Program-made: the position numbers and the translations under genes
In this document: piece by piece, positions 27,212 through 40,914 of the stretch
Numbering within the stretch: position 1 is the first letter of the stretch
Layout: every line of letters starts with the position of its first letter
The notes under the pieces: generated by a model
What the model saw: only the letters and a program-made list of their open reading frames with translations
What the model was told of the DNA's origin: nothing
Database searches by the model: none
DNA from: the human T2T-CHM13v2.0 reference genome, Homo sapiens
Direction: 5' to 3' (one strand)
Assembly (NCBI RefSeq): GCF_009914755.1
Contig: NC_060940.1
DNA length: 64,000 bases

Positions 27212-30200
27212 TAAAAAACCTATGTACGAGGGTAAAATTAACCCTGTGCTTACCAACAAGACAAAAATCTTAAAGTAAGAATTTCTGGCAGGGCTATAGG
27301 AAGTGATTTGGAGGTAACTCTGTGAGTGTGAATAAGATGGAGATGCTGCTGCCTGCTGTGCCACACCAGGAAGGTAGGCCCTATGACACCCATTTGCTGA
27401 GCAACTCCTGCCCAGGCCCCTGGGGAAGGGTCTCAGGAATGGCTTCTGCTGAGCTGGCTGAGGCCAGGCAGCTGCCCTGTCAGACAAGCCGCATGCAGGA
27501 TTACAGGCAAACTCCATCTGACCTTGGCCAGGGCTGCCTGGTGTCTGGTCCCACCTCTTTCCCCAGAAAGGGTGTCGGGCAGCCTTCCAGGATGAATCTT
27601 TACTTCTTTTAATAGAGAAATAGGAAATGAGCCTGAAGAGAAAGTGAGGAATTATTGCTGCATTTAATGGCTCTAAAAATATCTCACTGGGGTTGGCTGT
27701 GAGTTCACTCCTGGGTGCTGATCCAGTGTTCCAGGGAGAAATGGCCAGACCTCAGGTGGAACACAGAAAACCAAAATGACAAAGCAAGCTGAGAAGTCTG
27801 AGAAGGGATGGCTCATGCCAGGCCATCGCAGTGAGGGCCAAGGCCGAGATCCCCTGGCTGGGCTCAGCCCTGGGCACTGCAAGGCTCTCAGGACTGGATG
27901 GGTGTGTAACCCGCTCTGGGAAGGGTCTGACGTGAGTCCCAGTTCTGTCTCTCCCCGAATTCACAACAAAGTCCTGGCCACATCCATTTCCATCTTCTCT
28001 CTAAGCCTCGGCACCCCCATCTCTGAAAAAAAAGGAGTTTTATCCTTTCTAAGCTCCCTTCTGTAGGAGACACCATTGGTTGTCTTCCCAGATCTCATTG
28101 CCCTTCTTTTCCTCCCTACAGTTCACGTCTTGTTCAGAAATCCACCCATCCCATTGCCGGCTCCAGAAGTGGACTCGTGCTTATCCGAGCTGATCAGCAT
28201 GTGGCAATCTGTGGGATTCGTGTCACTCTAGAGGTGGACATATGTCCTAACTTGGTCCACCGAGGTCAAGGAACACCTTGTACTAAGAGGAAAATATCTA
28301 CTCTGTATCCTGGAAAACTTGGGCAAGGAAATGAGGAACTTCAACCAATGCTACTGTCATTCTGAGAAGCCAAGGGGATGCAGCCTCAGTGTGGTGGCCA
28401 TGAGAACGGGCCTCATAGATCTCCAACTAAAGTCAGCTTAATGACCGAGAGCCCTGGCTGCTCTGAAATCCTTTGCCACATTTGTTCCAAAGTCGTGCTT
28501 CCCACTGGCTGCTCCTGGCCAACGTGTGGCAGCAATACCCCATCAGTCCCATTCCACTGAGGACTGTATGATGGCCTTGTCCAACCCACCAGGCTGTGCA
28601 GCCATCTAGGACACTTCCACCCAACTCTCCTTTCTCCCCCACCCCTCCCCTGGTTCCCTTGGCATTCACTTTTTGGAGGCTATCTATCTCCAGTGGTGCC
28701 AGGAGTGGTCTGAGAACAGAAGTGGAAAGATGAGGATTTGAGACTGGTTCACCCAGCTGGTGGCAGAAAAGGATGCCATCTGGGTTGGTGGGTGGGACAT
28801 GGATAGCCCCTGACACAAAGCAGTGTCTCGATTGCTGAAGAATTCACCAGGGACGACCTGGGGAAACATCCTGGTGGAGGGAAATGGTGTGCCACGTTGA
28901 GTGGTTCAGGCATTTGAGAAACATGGGGCAAACAGTGCCTATGAGGACGTGGAGTTCGCTGGTTAGTGCTAAGTAGTTTCACCCCTGCAGCCTTGCAGAT
29001 GGAGAATAAGAGGGCGATTCACAGGCAGTTAATGGAGGTGGGGTAAGAACCCAAGTGCTTTGGTGGTAGATCACAAGGAGACCCTTATCACCTACCCAGA
29101 AAGGGCAGACAGCTGAGTGAAAGGTGGAGGACTCTGTGGTTAGAACTGTACAACCGCAGACATGTTGGTTCTGTTACGTAAGGTGGTTCTATTATGCAAA
29201 GGCCAAGGAAGCCCTGGTGGGAAAACCTAGGTCCTGAAATACGGAATGAGGACATCTGAATAGATGCCTCTGAGAACGTGGATTCTGCAACCCCCATGGG
29301 CTCTGGGGGGCTTGCAGGAATGGCTGTCCTTCCCTAATAAGAGCTGGCATGCTACAGCTTCTCCCCAACACTGGAACAAGGGCTTCCCTGGGGAGCTGCC
29401 CCCACCTCCTCACCCCAGCTGCCAGGCCAATAACTGGAGGCAAACCCCAGCATCACCACTAAGCCTGGAATGGAAGGGAAGGGACTGGGCACCTAAAGGG
29501 ATACAAAAATTAGCTGTGTGTCATGGCACAGGCCGCAGCCTGGCGGTGCTCCCGAGACTGGCTTTAAGGGTTCCTGTTCAAGGGGGCTGGAGTATGAAAC
29601 TACATCAACAAGAATTCATTGAATTGAGGGCACTTTCTTGGGGCACAGGAATGTAACACCCTGGCAAGGACCCCAGAGGATAGGGCAAATGCTACTGGGG
29701 TGGTTGTTAGAAGCCTAAGGAAAGGCAAGTCTGATGCTCGGCAATGTGGTAATGCCCCAGTTGCCCTGGCAGATGAGAAAGGGAAGTGGGGAGGCAGAGG
29801 GAAGTGGACTTGCTGAAGTGGATATATTATGGCAGGTCTGAAGACCCACCAGGGGATTTAGCTCCACCACAGGGCTCAGCAGGTACACCCTCCACCAAGG
29901 CCATGAGGAAGGCACCGATGCGAGGACCAGCAGCCTCCCTAAGCTCAGCAGAGGTTCTCCCCTGCAGACCTCTAACCATGAGACAGGGACTGACCAAGAT
30001 TGCAGCTGCTGTGCCCGGAAATCCATGGCCACCTTTGCACTCAGGCCACTCTTCCCATCAGTGAATGAGTGTGGCAGGGATACTGAGGCAGGCTGGTTCC
30101 AGAGAGACCCAGGGTGCATCGAACGGCAGTGACTTTGGCTAGAGGACTATCTAATAGCCTTGCTGAGCCTTCTGTTGAACTGCACTGCAGTCCAGGCTGT

Positions 30201-31798
30201 CCTTATCCAACCTCCCTTCCCTCTCTCCCTCCCTGAATGTTGGACTTGCATTGCACTCTTCTCTAGCTCTCTCCCATCTCCTCTCCAAGATGGTTTTCTA
30301 AAAACTTCCCTGTGCATTTGCTTCTCAGACCAACACAGTGAGAAGGAAGCAGGCCAAGGAAGGCCCAAAAGACAGAGAGAGAATCGGGTGCTTGAAAATA
30401 TCACTGCACTGTTGAATCAACTGGCCCCACAGCCCCTCCTACGAAATCCCCACAGTGGTGGCATGAGAAGCTCGTAAGAACCAGGAAGAGTTAGTTCTGT
30501 CCATGGAAGCGAAATCAGCCTGTTACAGTTGATACAGTATCCCACTGCAATCTTTCACGAGACTTTGAGGCTCATACTGTATATTATCATGGTTCAGCTC
30601 CAGTCTTTTCACTCCCACTTTATGGCGATTCTCCCTGCAATACAAGGCTCTAGAAAGTGATTTTTCCAAGGGACGGGCCTTTCTTCAGCAAAAACACGCA
30701 ACTCTATAAACAAAAAGCCACTCATGGGTAAAACCAGTGAGTCACCGAGGGCTACTAAGACTTGGTATTTATAAACGAAAATCAGCACGCTAGGAGAGTT
30801 TCCTGAAGGCCCGATTCAGCATCTGGCTAAGAAGTCAGAATGCCATGCAACCCCTGGCAACATCACAAAGTGCTGCCACATGTTCCCACAGGCAGAGACG
30901 TCAGAGGCGAGATGTTCAGGCAGGATCCTTTCAGACCAGGGCACCATTGGGGCTGCCTTGGGCTGGTCTTGGTTTTTGGTTGCTGCTATTCTTACATTTT
31001 AATTATGAATCGCTGTTGGTTTGGTTCCCTCTTCATCAGCTCAGCTTGTGGTGGGTTGTTGGTTAACCCCACAACATGTAGAGATACATATTTGCACCAA
31101 CAGAGTGTGGGGCCTATCATTTTCCAATAACTACTAGACTCTGAAACATGTAGGTGTTGCAGTCTGGTTGTGAATCATCTGTGCCCTTATTTCTATAGCA
31201 GAGGTGTACATGAAGATTCCCTAAGCGCTTCTGCGAGGCTTTTCAATGTGATCCCTTCCTTCTGGCTGGGGGATAGGGTGAGATGGATGGTCTGATGACT
31301 TTGGTTTGACCCACGTGGGCTGTGGATGTAATGGTTGGAAATCAGTGCTCTCTAGAAGATCCAGGGCTAGGACTGAGGTCCTGGAGTGTTGAGGAGGGAA
31401 GGCTGGAAGAAACAGAGCTCTCAACCCTCCACTCCCACTTCCATCAGAGAATCCTCATGGTAGGTTGCTGTCTGTGACCTAATCTTGTGAGGCTGAGTGG
31501 GACAGCGTGTAATCAGGGCTGGCATTTGGCGGCAAGCCACAAATGTATCATCACTGATGTCTGCTGGGAAGGTAACCTGATTCTGTATCATTACTGTGAC
31601 ACCCCAAGGTTAGGCATCCTGGTAGCAAGCAACAGAAATCAAGCTGGGTTGACCCAAGCAAAAAAATCAGTTTGTTAAAGGGATACTGAGTAGTTTACAG
31701 AACAGACAGGAGGGTGGACAGTTTGTCTTGGAATTAGGATGAGAACCAAGGTGGCTTAGAACACCAGGCAGAGAATTCTACTCCAGGTATCAGTACTA

Positions 31799-31824
31799 CG
31801 ATGAGGATGATGATGATGATGATG
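31799..31824. repeat. (GAT)n microsatellite at the end of a MIR
   Basis: Direct reading; antisense MIR follows at 31830-32000. Confidence 0.8.
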
Positions 31825-32317
31825 GGCAGTGTTTGTTGAGGTGTCCTAAATACTTGATGTGCCTTTACTATTTAAGCCTCCAACAATCCTATGAGGTAGG
31901 GATCATTATCATTCCCACTTTGCAGATGAGTAAACTGAGGTACAGATAAGTTAAATAACTTGCCCAAGGCCATGCCGCTGATAGATGGTGGAGCCTACCT
32001 TGGACGGGCTGTGTCTTTCCACTGAAGGTCATTGCTCTCTCTCAAGCAGCTCCTCTCTCTCTCAACTCTCTCCTTCAAGGTTCTAGTTACAGAAGGAGCA
32101 GGACTGAAAAGAATTAAAAAAAAAAAAAAAAAGGGTTCTAGTAACCACGCCCACCACCTCCTCCTGAGGCCGGAGTCATAGCAGCCTCTCTTCCCAGTCC
32201 CAGGTCCTTTACTATCACCTGCGATTTCCCTACACCCCAGCCACACCTGTGTGTTCCTTTATTACAACCTCCTCAAATGATCTTCATTTGAGAGTGCCAT
32301 CTGTTACTGTCGTGCTG

Positions 32318-32480
32318 GTGTATTTCATAGAATCCTTAAGATCATTGATTAGATACCACTCCATTATTCGATGTACCATTGAGAGGGAGAATAAATGTGG
32401 TCACTTAATGTCAGACCACTGATTGTAAGACCAACATCAGAGTGTGAAAATGTGTGCCTTACAATTGGAAAGAAATTATT
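32318..32480. mobile_element. MER104/Kanga-like TcMar-Tc2 fragment
   Basis: gtatttcatagaatc...gtgccttacaattggaaagaaat resembles the MER104 termini. Confidence 0.4.
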
Positions 32481-33353
32481 GTTTCTATTTCATAGATGAG
32501 GGGATGGCTACACAAAGAAGTTGAGTAACTCCTTTGAGGCTACCCAGCCAGCAGATGGCCAAGCCAAGATTTGAACCAGACAGCTTTGTTCTGGATTCTG
32601 CATCCTAACTGTACCAATGCTGCTCTGGCTGTGTGGAGCCGGACTCTAGAAAAATCCTACATGGGGAGAATTTGCGGTGGAACTAAGGCAAGCAGAGAGG
32701 AGAGGCCTGGCTGGGACAACCAGCCACTGATGGTCTGAAGGGAAGTATGTCCTAGGGGTGTTGCAGCCCAGGGTGGGGTGAGGAGAGCAGAAGGGCCGAC
32801 TCCTCCTGGAGGAGAAGTCAAATACTGCCCTGGGCAGAAGGGAGGCCTGAGATGATGTCCCAGCCTCCCCAGAGAGGCCCTGGTCCCCTCCACCCCCTGC
32901 CTTCTGAGTTCATCTTGTCATCCATCGACAAATATAGACCAGGAGAAACCTAAATAAATGAGTGGCTGCTCGAAGCCGCAGGACAGCTAACCATAATGGG
33001 GGTTTTTGGTTTTCTGCTTGAGACACAAACAGCACATTCCTCAGCCGAAATAGCCGGGTGGAGAAACAGGGCATTATTGGATGGGAACACCCGGCCAGGA
33101 TGAACCAAACAAGACAGAAATAGGCCCACGCCACCACATGAAGGGAGCGCGTCGGTGCTTGGCTGGCTGTGCTTGGCCTGGCCCTGCCCTGCTGGGGTAG
33201 CTGCTGACACCTGGGGAGGCTCCGGCTTTGCCCCAGGAGGAAGGCAGCTGTGTGTTTGCCTGAACCCTCAACCTTGGGCAGCTGGGGCAGCAGCCCCTTT
33301 CTTAGACAAGGGTTCTTGGGACTTGAGATGGGAAATGAATCCTGGTAGCTCTG

Positions 33354-33770
33354 CACACACACACACAAATGCACACACAAAAACGCACACACACTCAGAC
33401 TCACCAACACACACATTGTGTACATTGTGTACCTGCAGAGCCAGAAATATGTATGTAAGCTCATGTATCAGTGTATACTGCTTCAGACACATGTACCCAC
33501 ATGAGAACACAGAGGCACACACTGGCCACATTGCTCATGCACGCAGATGCACACCGCGCTCACACCCCCACACACATGTGACAGTGCACATATGCAGAGA
33601 TCCACAGGACTGTGTGTTCTTACCCTTAGAGATGTACACACATGCAAGCACAGATACATGCAAGCCCTAGCGTGTATTCATAAGCAGTCATATGCACACA
33701 CACTCATATGTACAAGTCACTACACATGCAAATATCCACACATGTAAGTGCATGCACATCAGCACATGGG
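33354..33770. repeat. Degenerate CA/CACAT-rich low-complexity tract
   Basis: Alternating purine-pyrimidine runs over about 400 bp. Confidence 0.8.
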
Positions 33771-34924
33771 CCCAGGCACATTGTTCCTGGCCCCCTGGGC
33801 CTCCCTCACCCTGGGCATGTTCACCCCAGAGGTTGGTGTTCTCTCATCTGAACCAGCATCTGAGGACAGGTTTAAGGGGGCTCTGGGACAGGAGGGTCAA
33901 GGAGAAGCTGCCAAGAGAGCCCAGGATCTATCCCACCATCTGCTTCTAGCCAGTCTCTCTTCCCCTCATTTCTCCTGAGTGGTCCCCAGGCAGTTGTAAA
34001 TAGTAGAACAATTCCAAGGCCTCCCTGTAGAATGGGCCTGGGCATAGCCACAGCTTGATGGTACTACTATCACTGTGAATCTCTGAGCTCTGTGGAGCCA
34101 GGGATCCCGGTAGTGACGATCATCCCCTTACTCCCAAAGACCTCTATAGTAACTGGTGCTCAGTACATGAATAAATGAAATAGAGGAGCAGTGATTGGCA
34201 TCCCTCCTTAACAGCTAAAAAGACTGAGGTCCAGAGAGGCTGAGCAGGACTTCACCAAAGTCCTCTGTCTGCCTCCTACCCCACCCCAGTGCTGCCCCCA
34301 TCTGTGGAAGCCCTGGTGTCCCCTTCTGATGCCAAGGCCAGGACAGTAAAACCTGGACAAGGAAAAGACATAGTAATGTGTCCTGGGAGCCTCTGGGCTA
34401 TCCACCTGGTGTCTGCCTGGCCCTTGACCCATCTGTCCTACCCTGCCCCAGGGCCAGGAGGCAGCTTGAGGCTCCAGGAAAAAAGCCCAGTTCACCATCG
34501 CGTCCATCCCCTGAAGCACTGGCTGCCAGGTCTTTTCCTAGCCTCAGATCAGCTCCCCATCTCTGCTACCCCTGTGACTTCCCCAGACCTAGGGATGGAC
34601 CATGGTTTTCTGGTCCTGAGATCAAGCTGGAGTGAAGAAGGAATAGATGAAGACAGCAGGGGTCAGTGTTTGTTCAGTGGAGGCCACACAGGAGCAGGCA
34701 TGAGAGGACCAAACGTCTTCCAGGCAGGGCACCCAGCAGATACTCAGACACATGGTGTCAGACCCACAAACCGAACCCCTGGCCTCAGCTCAGAGCAGGC
34801 AAGGGCAGAAGCTGGGTCTTCCCAGGAACCCACACTGGTGTATTGGGAAAGACCTCTAGTCTGCTCCAGTTTGGGGATTTTCCAGCTTTTGTTTTGCAGC
34901 CACAGAATCTTTTCTTCAGATGAT

Positions 34925-35600
34925 TTTTTTTAAGTATTAAATTAGGGTATAATTTGCATTCAGCAAAATTCACCCTTACAGCATACAATTCTGCTGCTTT
35001 AACAAAAACATACAGTTGTGTAACTACTACCACAATCAAGATATAGAAGAGTTCTATCGTCCCCCTAAAATCCCCAAGTCCCTTGTGGTCAGCCCCTTCC
35101 CCCACCCCTGGCAACCATGGATCTGTTTTCTGTCCCTGGAGTGTTGCCTTTTTCAGAATGTTCTGTAAATGGAATCACACATAATGCGGCCATTTCATTT
35201 AACACAATGCCCTGGAGACCCATTCGGTTGCTCTGTGTGTCGGTAGCTCATTGCCCTTGGTTGCTGCATGGAATTCATTGTATGGATAAACCACAGTTTG
35301 TTTAGCCATTCCCCACAGGAGGGATATTGAGTTTATTTCTACTTTTCGGCTATTACGAAGATTCTATGAACATTTGAGTACAGGCTTTTGTATAAACACA
35401 CACAACATATATATTATATCTTTTTGGAAAATACAAGTGCGTTCTGGGTCATGTTATAAGTATATGTTCAACTTTCTAAGAAACCACCAAATTGTTTTCC
35501 GAAGTGATTGCACCATATTGCATTCCCATCAGCAATGAATGAGAGTTCTGGCTGTTCTATATCTTCACCGGCAATTGATACTGTTACCTTTTCCCACTAT
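34925..35600 (-). mobile_element. Old L1 (L1MB/MC-like) 3' end
   Basis: gtaactactaccacaatcaagatatag..., cccctggcaaccatggatctg, gcattcccatcagcaatgaatgagag. Confidence 0.85.
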
Positions 35601-36099
35601 TCTAATAGGTGTGTATCAAGGGACAATTTACTAGAAACGCAAATCTACAGAACAGGTATGTTAAGCTACCCTGGGTAGAGCCAGGAGCCAGAGTAGGGGT
35701 TCTGAGCCCTGTACACTGAGACCCTCCCTTACTACAGTGGCGGTTCCTGAGTATCTCTTTGGAACCCAGAACTAAGGCCAGGGAGGGGAGGAGCATTGCC
35801 CAAGGTCACACAGCTCAACAAGAGGGACCAGTGGGCAAGGCCCAGCCCTCTGTCTGATACCAGTGACTTGTCCTTTCCTGAGCACCATGTCACCACTGGA
35901 GGGGAGGAAAGGAAGGTTCTCAAGCCACGTCCCAGGGACCTGCCTTGGGCTGGGTCGAGGACCGAGTTGAGTGCAAGGATGCTGTCAGCCTCAGGGCTAT
36001 TCCATGTTGAGAGTTTCCAGTGAGACAACACGGTCTAGGGGAAATGACAACATCTTTGGGATCATGCAGAGACACACTTTCAAAACCCAACAGGAATGC

Positions 36100-36720
36100 T
36101 TATTAACTATGCTGCCCTGGGCAAGTCACTTTACCTCTCTGAACCTCAGTTTTATTAACAATAAAATGAAAAGTTATCTTACTATTTTGTTGGGTTGTCA
36201 GATAGATTGCAGCTCACAACACAATTCTTTATTCAATAAATGTATTGAGCTCTTTCAGGCCAGACACTGCTCTGGATGCCAGTGTTATAGGACTGACCAA
36301 GACAGACAAGATCCCTGATCTCAGAGGAGACCAGGGGATTCAGTAATCAAGCGTATAATATGTCAGGTGTTGGCATATGGTATGCAGAAAAATGAAAGAT
36401 AAAGCAGAATAACAGTATGTAGAGAGAAATGGGGTACCCTTTTAAATGGAGTTGTCAGTGAAAGCCTCCTTGAGAGGTGCCTTTGGAACAGAGACCTGAA
36501 TAGAGTAAGAAAATCAACCATATGGATACCTGCATTACTCATTAGCTGTGTGTTCTTGAGCAAGTCACTTAACCTCTCTGAACCTCAGTTTCTTCATAAC
36601 TAGATTGAATTAGAATCCTCCTTACTGGACAGTTGTTAAGTTTCAGTGGGAGAAAGCTGGTAAAGTGCAGCACAATGCCCAGCACAAAGGGCATGCACAT
36701 TTCAGTTAATCTCCTTCCCT
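36100..36720. mobile_element. MIR/L2 mosaic
   Basis: Two MIR cores (ggcaagtcactt...cctcagttt) flanking an antisense L2 end. Confidence 0.65.
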
Positions 36721-36859
36721 CTCCAAGGAATTCAAAGTCTAGTTGGGGGTTGCAGTTGTAGGATGGACACATAAGACGTATATGAAAATAATATCATAGC
36801 TCACAAATTATTTGAGCACCTGCAATGTGCCTGGCATGTTCAAAATGTTCTGCCTGTCT

Positions 36860-37315
36860 TATGATAGGTGGAATTGCTTGTCCCAATTCTTTACACTTCC
36901 TGTATCCAGGTCTCTTGTTACATGACTTGGCTGTCTTTCCATCACAGGTGAAATGTACTCCCCTGCCTTGATTTTGAGCTCAGCCATGTTACTAGCTTTA
37001 GCTAAAGGGCTGCTCACAGATGTGACACAAGCAAGGCTTGAAAGTGCTTGTGTAATTGGGCTTGTTCCCTCATGTTGCTGCTATCATCATGAGAAGAGTG
37101 TCTCCTGAACAGCTCAATGGTTCAAGGAAGAAGACAGAACCATGGAACAAACTCACGTGTGCTGCAGCTTGGAGCCAAGCTCAGCAGAGCCCAGCCAAGA
37201 TCAGCCAGTTCCCAGCCAACCATCATATACACAAACAAGAGGACATCATTGTTTCAGCCACTGAGTTTTGGGGTTGTTTTTTATGTAACATTATGGTAGT
37301 GATATCCATATGTTA
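36860..37315 (+). mobile_element. MLT1H/I-like MaLR LTR
   Basis: gagctcagccatgttactagc...gccactgagttttggggttg. Confidence 0.6.
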
Positions 37316-38021
37316 TTCGTACATATGTTAACCATTTAATCCTTGCAAAACCCTTATGAGGTAGTTACTCTTATTTTATAGATAAACCCAGGGAGGTTAG
37401 ATAGTGAATAATTGTTAAGTAGAGATTTGAATTTATGTAATCTGATTTTAGAGCCCATTCTATGAACCATGACACTAAAAGAGAGTGAGAAAAATATGTT
37501 GAGAGGTTTGTCACGTGCTATGTGCACCCATAGGGGTGCACACTTGGTACACCTCTGTGCACCAGGTGAGGAACTAATTGCACTATGGGAAATAGGGAAG
37601 TTTTTCCAGAGAAGGCTGTATATGAGTTGAAACTTGAGTACAGGTAGAATGGAATTAAGTAGACATTGGGAAAAAGGAATTCCAGGTAGGAGAAACCAGT
37701 CTGAGCAAAAGTGCCAAGGGGGAATACACACAACGTTCTTACAGCTCCCTCACCCCTTGTCACCTGATCAACCCCTACTCATTCTACAGTTCTTAGGGTC
37801 ACAGTTACTTCCTTGGGAAAGCCTTCCCTAACCTGCTGGACAAGGCCAGTTCCTTTCACTGCACTCTCCAAGGCACCAGATTCCTCTTCTTCGCAACACA
37901 TAGTACAGCTGTAATTACATTAGCATTTGCCTATATCTGCCTTGGTCAGCATTATAATAGCAGCACCTGACTCATGGTAGGTCTGCAACAAATATTTGTA
38001 AAATTGATGCCATTCAACAAA

Positions 38022-38880
38022 TGTATTAGTTATGTATTGCTGAATAACAAATTAACCCAAAACTTAGCAGCTTAAAATAATCATGAGCATTTATTATTTT
38101 GCATCATTTTGTGGATCAGGAATGCAGGAGCAGCTTAGTTGGGTGGTTGTGGCTCAAGGTCTCTTGTGAAGTTGCAGTCAAGTTGTCAGCTGGGGCTGGG
38201 TCATCTCAAGGCTTCACTGGGGCTGCAGGTTCCTTTTCCAATTTGGCTGACTCACAAGGATGGCTGGGTGATGCTGGCTGTTGGCAGGAGGCATCAGTTT
38301 CTAATCACATGGACCTCTCTTTAGGGTTTTCTGAGTGTTCTTACTGCAGGGTGGCTCGTGGCCTCTACAGTGAGTGACCCAAGTGATCCAAAAGGAAGGA
38401 TAGCCAGGCACAGTGGCTCACACCTATAATCCCAGAACTTTGGAAGGCTGAGGCAGGAGAATTGCTTGAGCCCAGGCATCTGAGACTAGCCTGGGCAACA
38501 TAGAGAGACCCCACCTCTACAGAAATAAAAATAAAAATTACCTGTGTCTGGTGGCCATGCGTGTAGCCTCAGCTACTTGGGAGGCTGAGATGAGAGGATT
38601 GCTTCAGTCCAGAGGTTGAGGCTGCAGTGAGCTGTGTTTGCACCACTGCATTCCAGCCTGGGCAACAGAGCGAGACCCTGTCTAGAAGAACAAGAGGAAG
38701 AAGAAGAAGGAGGAGGAGGAGGAAGAGGAAGAGGAGGAACGTCTTCTATGACTTAGCCTTAGAAGTCACATGCTGTGGCCTCCACTGGATTTTGTTGGTC
38801 ACCCCCGGCCACCCTGACACAATGTCAGGCTATGTAAGGGTATGAATACCAGGAGGTGATGCACATAGGGGGACATCTTT
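38022..38880 (-). mobile_element. MLT1F/G-like MaLR LTR interrupted by an Alu
   Basis: tgtattagttatgtattgctg...aaaacttagcagcttaaaa; resumes at gtcttctatgacttagccttagaagtcaca. Confidence 0.8.
38402..38740 (+). mobile_element. AluJ-like element with a (GAA/GGA)n tail
   Basis: Full dimer whose tail has become purine trinucleotide repeats. Confidence 0.93.
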
Positions 38881-39843
38881 TTTGATAGAAACTAACAGGG
38901 TTGGGGCAGGTGCATGTCTGGTTTCCAGACTCTGAATTCACAGAGTTTGGGTGCAGGTGGGTAGGTGGGTAATCTAGGAGTTGTTCTCAGGAAGCAATGA
39001 AGGAACAAGAAGAGTGAGACAGGGAATGGGAAAAAGCAAATAAAAGGTGTGTTAGTGAAGGAGTCACCACTGTGAACCCCTGAAACCCAATCCCCTGGAG
39101 GATCCTCAAAGGTACTAGCTAGAGCATGCCTCAAATTATCTCCCTGAAGGACACAAGGCTGTGGCATTTATCTACACAGTCCATCTGTTTCTCATTGGTT
39201 CAATGGGGCATTAACTCCCCTAAGCCCCCTCCCAGCAACCCCTGCAAAACACACACAAGACTAGGCAAGCTGCCAAGGCTGTGAAGAAGGCTGAAGACAG
39301 AAAAGCTGAGCAATGAGGCAGTACTTAGATGAGATGAGGCCCATTTGCTCTAGAACTGTCCACCAGCCACAGCTGCAGCCACAATCCTAGGTGGCCTGAA
39401 GGGTTGTGGCTCAGATCTCAGGAAATATCTGCCATAGACTCTTCAGAGAGAGAGCAGTTTGGGAAGGGCTCCCCAGGAGCGTGGGGCATGCAGGATAAGA
39501 ATTCGTCAGTCCTGGGATAAGCAGAGGATGAGGGAACAGCAGGTGCAAAAGCCGTGAGGCAAGGGTAAGGAGGGCTGGCTCCAGAACCCTCCAGGTCAGT
39601 GTGGCCAGAACAGGGTAGGAGGAGAAAAGAAAGAGATGAGGCCAAAATTCTTGGTTGGGGTCAGATCACATAGCACTTTGCAGGCCATGGCAGGGAATGA
39701 CTTACTGGCTGTGTGACCTTGGGTTAGTTCCTTTACCTCTCTGAGCCTCATTTTTTACAGATGTGAGGATTAAGTCTGACAGCATAGATCAATTTTAAGC
39801 CTGGTGTCTGGCACACAGTTAGTGTGATATAAATGTTTGGTAT

Positions 39844-40557
39844 TGTTATCAGTGGCGAATCTGTACAGGTCTGTGGCAACTCAATTCTCACCTCCTCAGA
39901 GGAAAAAATTCATCTAAGGGCATACAGCAGAGTGAGAGACCGTGGCAAGTTTTAGAGTAGAAGTGAAAGTTTATTAAACAGTTTTAGAACATGAACAAAA
40001 GGAAATAAAGTATACTTGAAAGAGGGTCAAGCAGGTGACTTAAGAGATTCAAGTGCACGGTTCAGCCTTTTACTTGGGATTTTATACATTTGCATGCTTC
40101 CGGGGGTTGCCTCTTGTCCTCTCTGATTCTTCCTTTGGCATGGGCTGTCTGCAGGTGCAGTGGGCTGCCAGCACTTGGGAGGGACCACATGTGCAATGCG
40201 TTTACTGAAGTTGTGTGCGTCCTCATTTGAGGCGTTTTTTTCCTTACCAGTCAAGTGTTCTTGGAGGAAGGTCATATACCAGGTAAACTCCGCCATTTTG
40301 CCTCTTAGAGTGTACACTTGAGCCTACTTGCCCATACTTGAGCCCACTCGCCCAACTCCTGAGATCTTATCCAGAATGCTGATCAACAGCTTCAGGTGTA
40401 TTTTATCTGTTGGGAGACTGCCTTCCCCTGCACTGGCTGCAACCAATTACTATTTCAGAGACACTTTGACAACTGCCTGACCATCCTGGTGGCCTGGCAT
40501 TCCTGATGGGGTCCCCCTCCTCCCCTGCTTATGTCTGCCTGACTACCTACTGTAACA
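39844..40557 (-). mobile_element. MER50 solo LTR (ERV1)
   Basis: TG...CA termini (tgttatc...tgtaaca), 4-bp TSD GTAT, good match to MER50. Confidence 0.88.
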
Positions 40558-40914
40558 GTATATTGTTGATTTCATTCTCATCCCAGGCCTTCCCTACTCC
40601 GGCTCTCTCATTCACTCGTCCCTGTCTCCTCAGAACTCCAGTTTCAAGCAAAGCGCAAAGCCTCATGCTGTTCCTAGTCAGGCCACAACAACCTAGCACC
40701 CTGCTGGCAGCAAGATGCAGCTGAGAGCCCTCGCAGGTCCCCCGAGGCCCTTTGGAGCGTGACCAACCCACACCCACAACTCCCTCCACCCCAGCTCAGC
40801 CAAGCGGTTCACATGGCCCAGCCATGCACACCAAGCTCCCTGCACCAGCTCACTTCTGCTCCTGCTGTCCCATCTGCCAAATGCCTTCCTCCTCCCCACC
40901 ATCCTCTGGCTGGT

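Noticed and set aside
32545-32565. CTCF-like CCAGCAGATGGCC (similar hits at about 44280 and 61686)
   Set aside because: Partial matches, some within MIRs; not supportable without ChIP data
34289-34933. Longest ORF (214 aa) and the other 60-184 aa ORFs
   Set aside because: No recognisable domain, many non-ATG starts, overlapping frames on both strands; lengths expected by chance in GC-rich DNA
36120-36595. Near-identical aagtcactt.acctctctgaacctcagttt at about 36123 and 36562
   Set aside because: Both are the conserved MIR core of independent copies, not a local duplication
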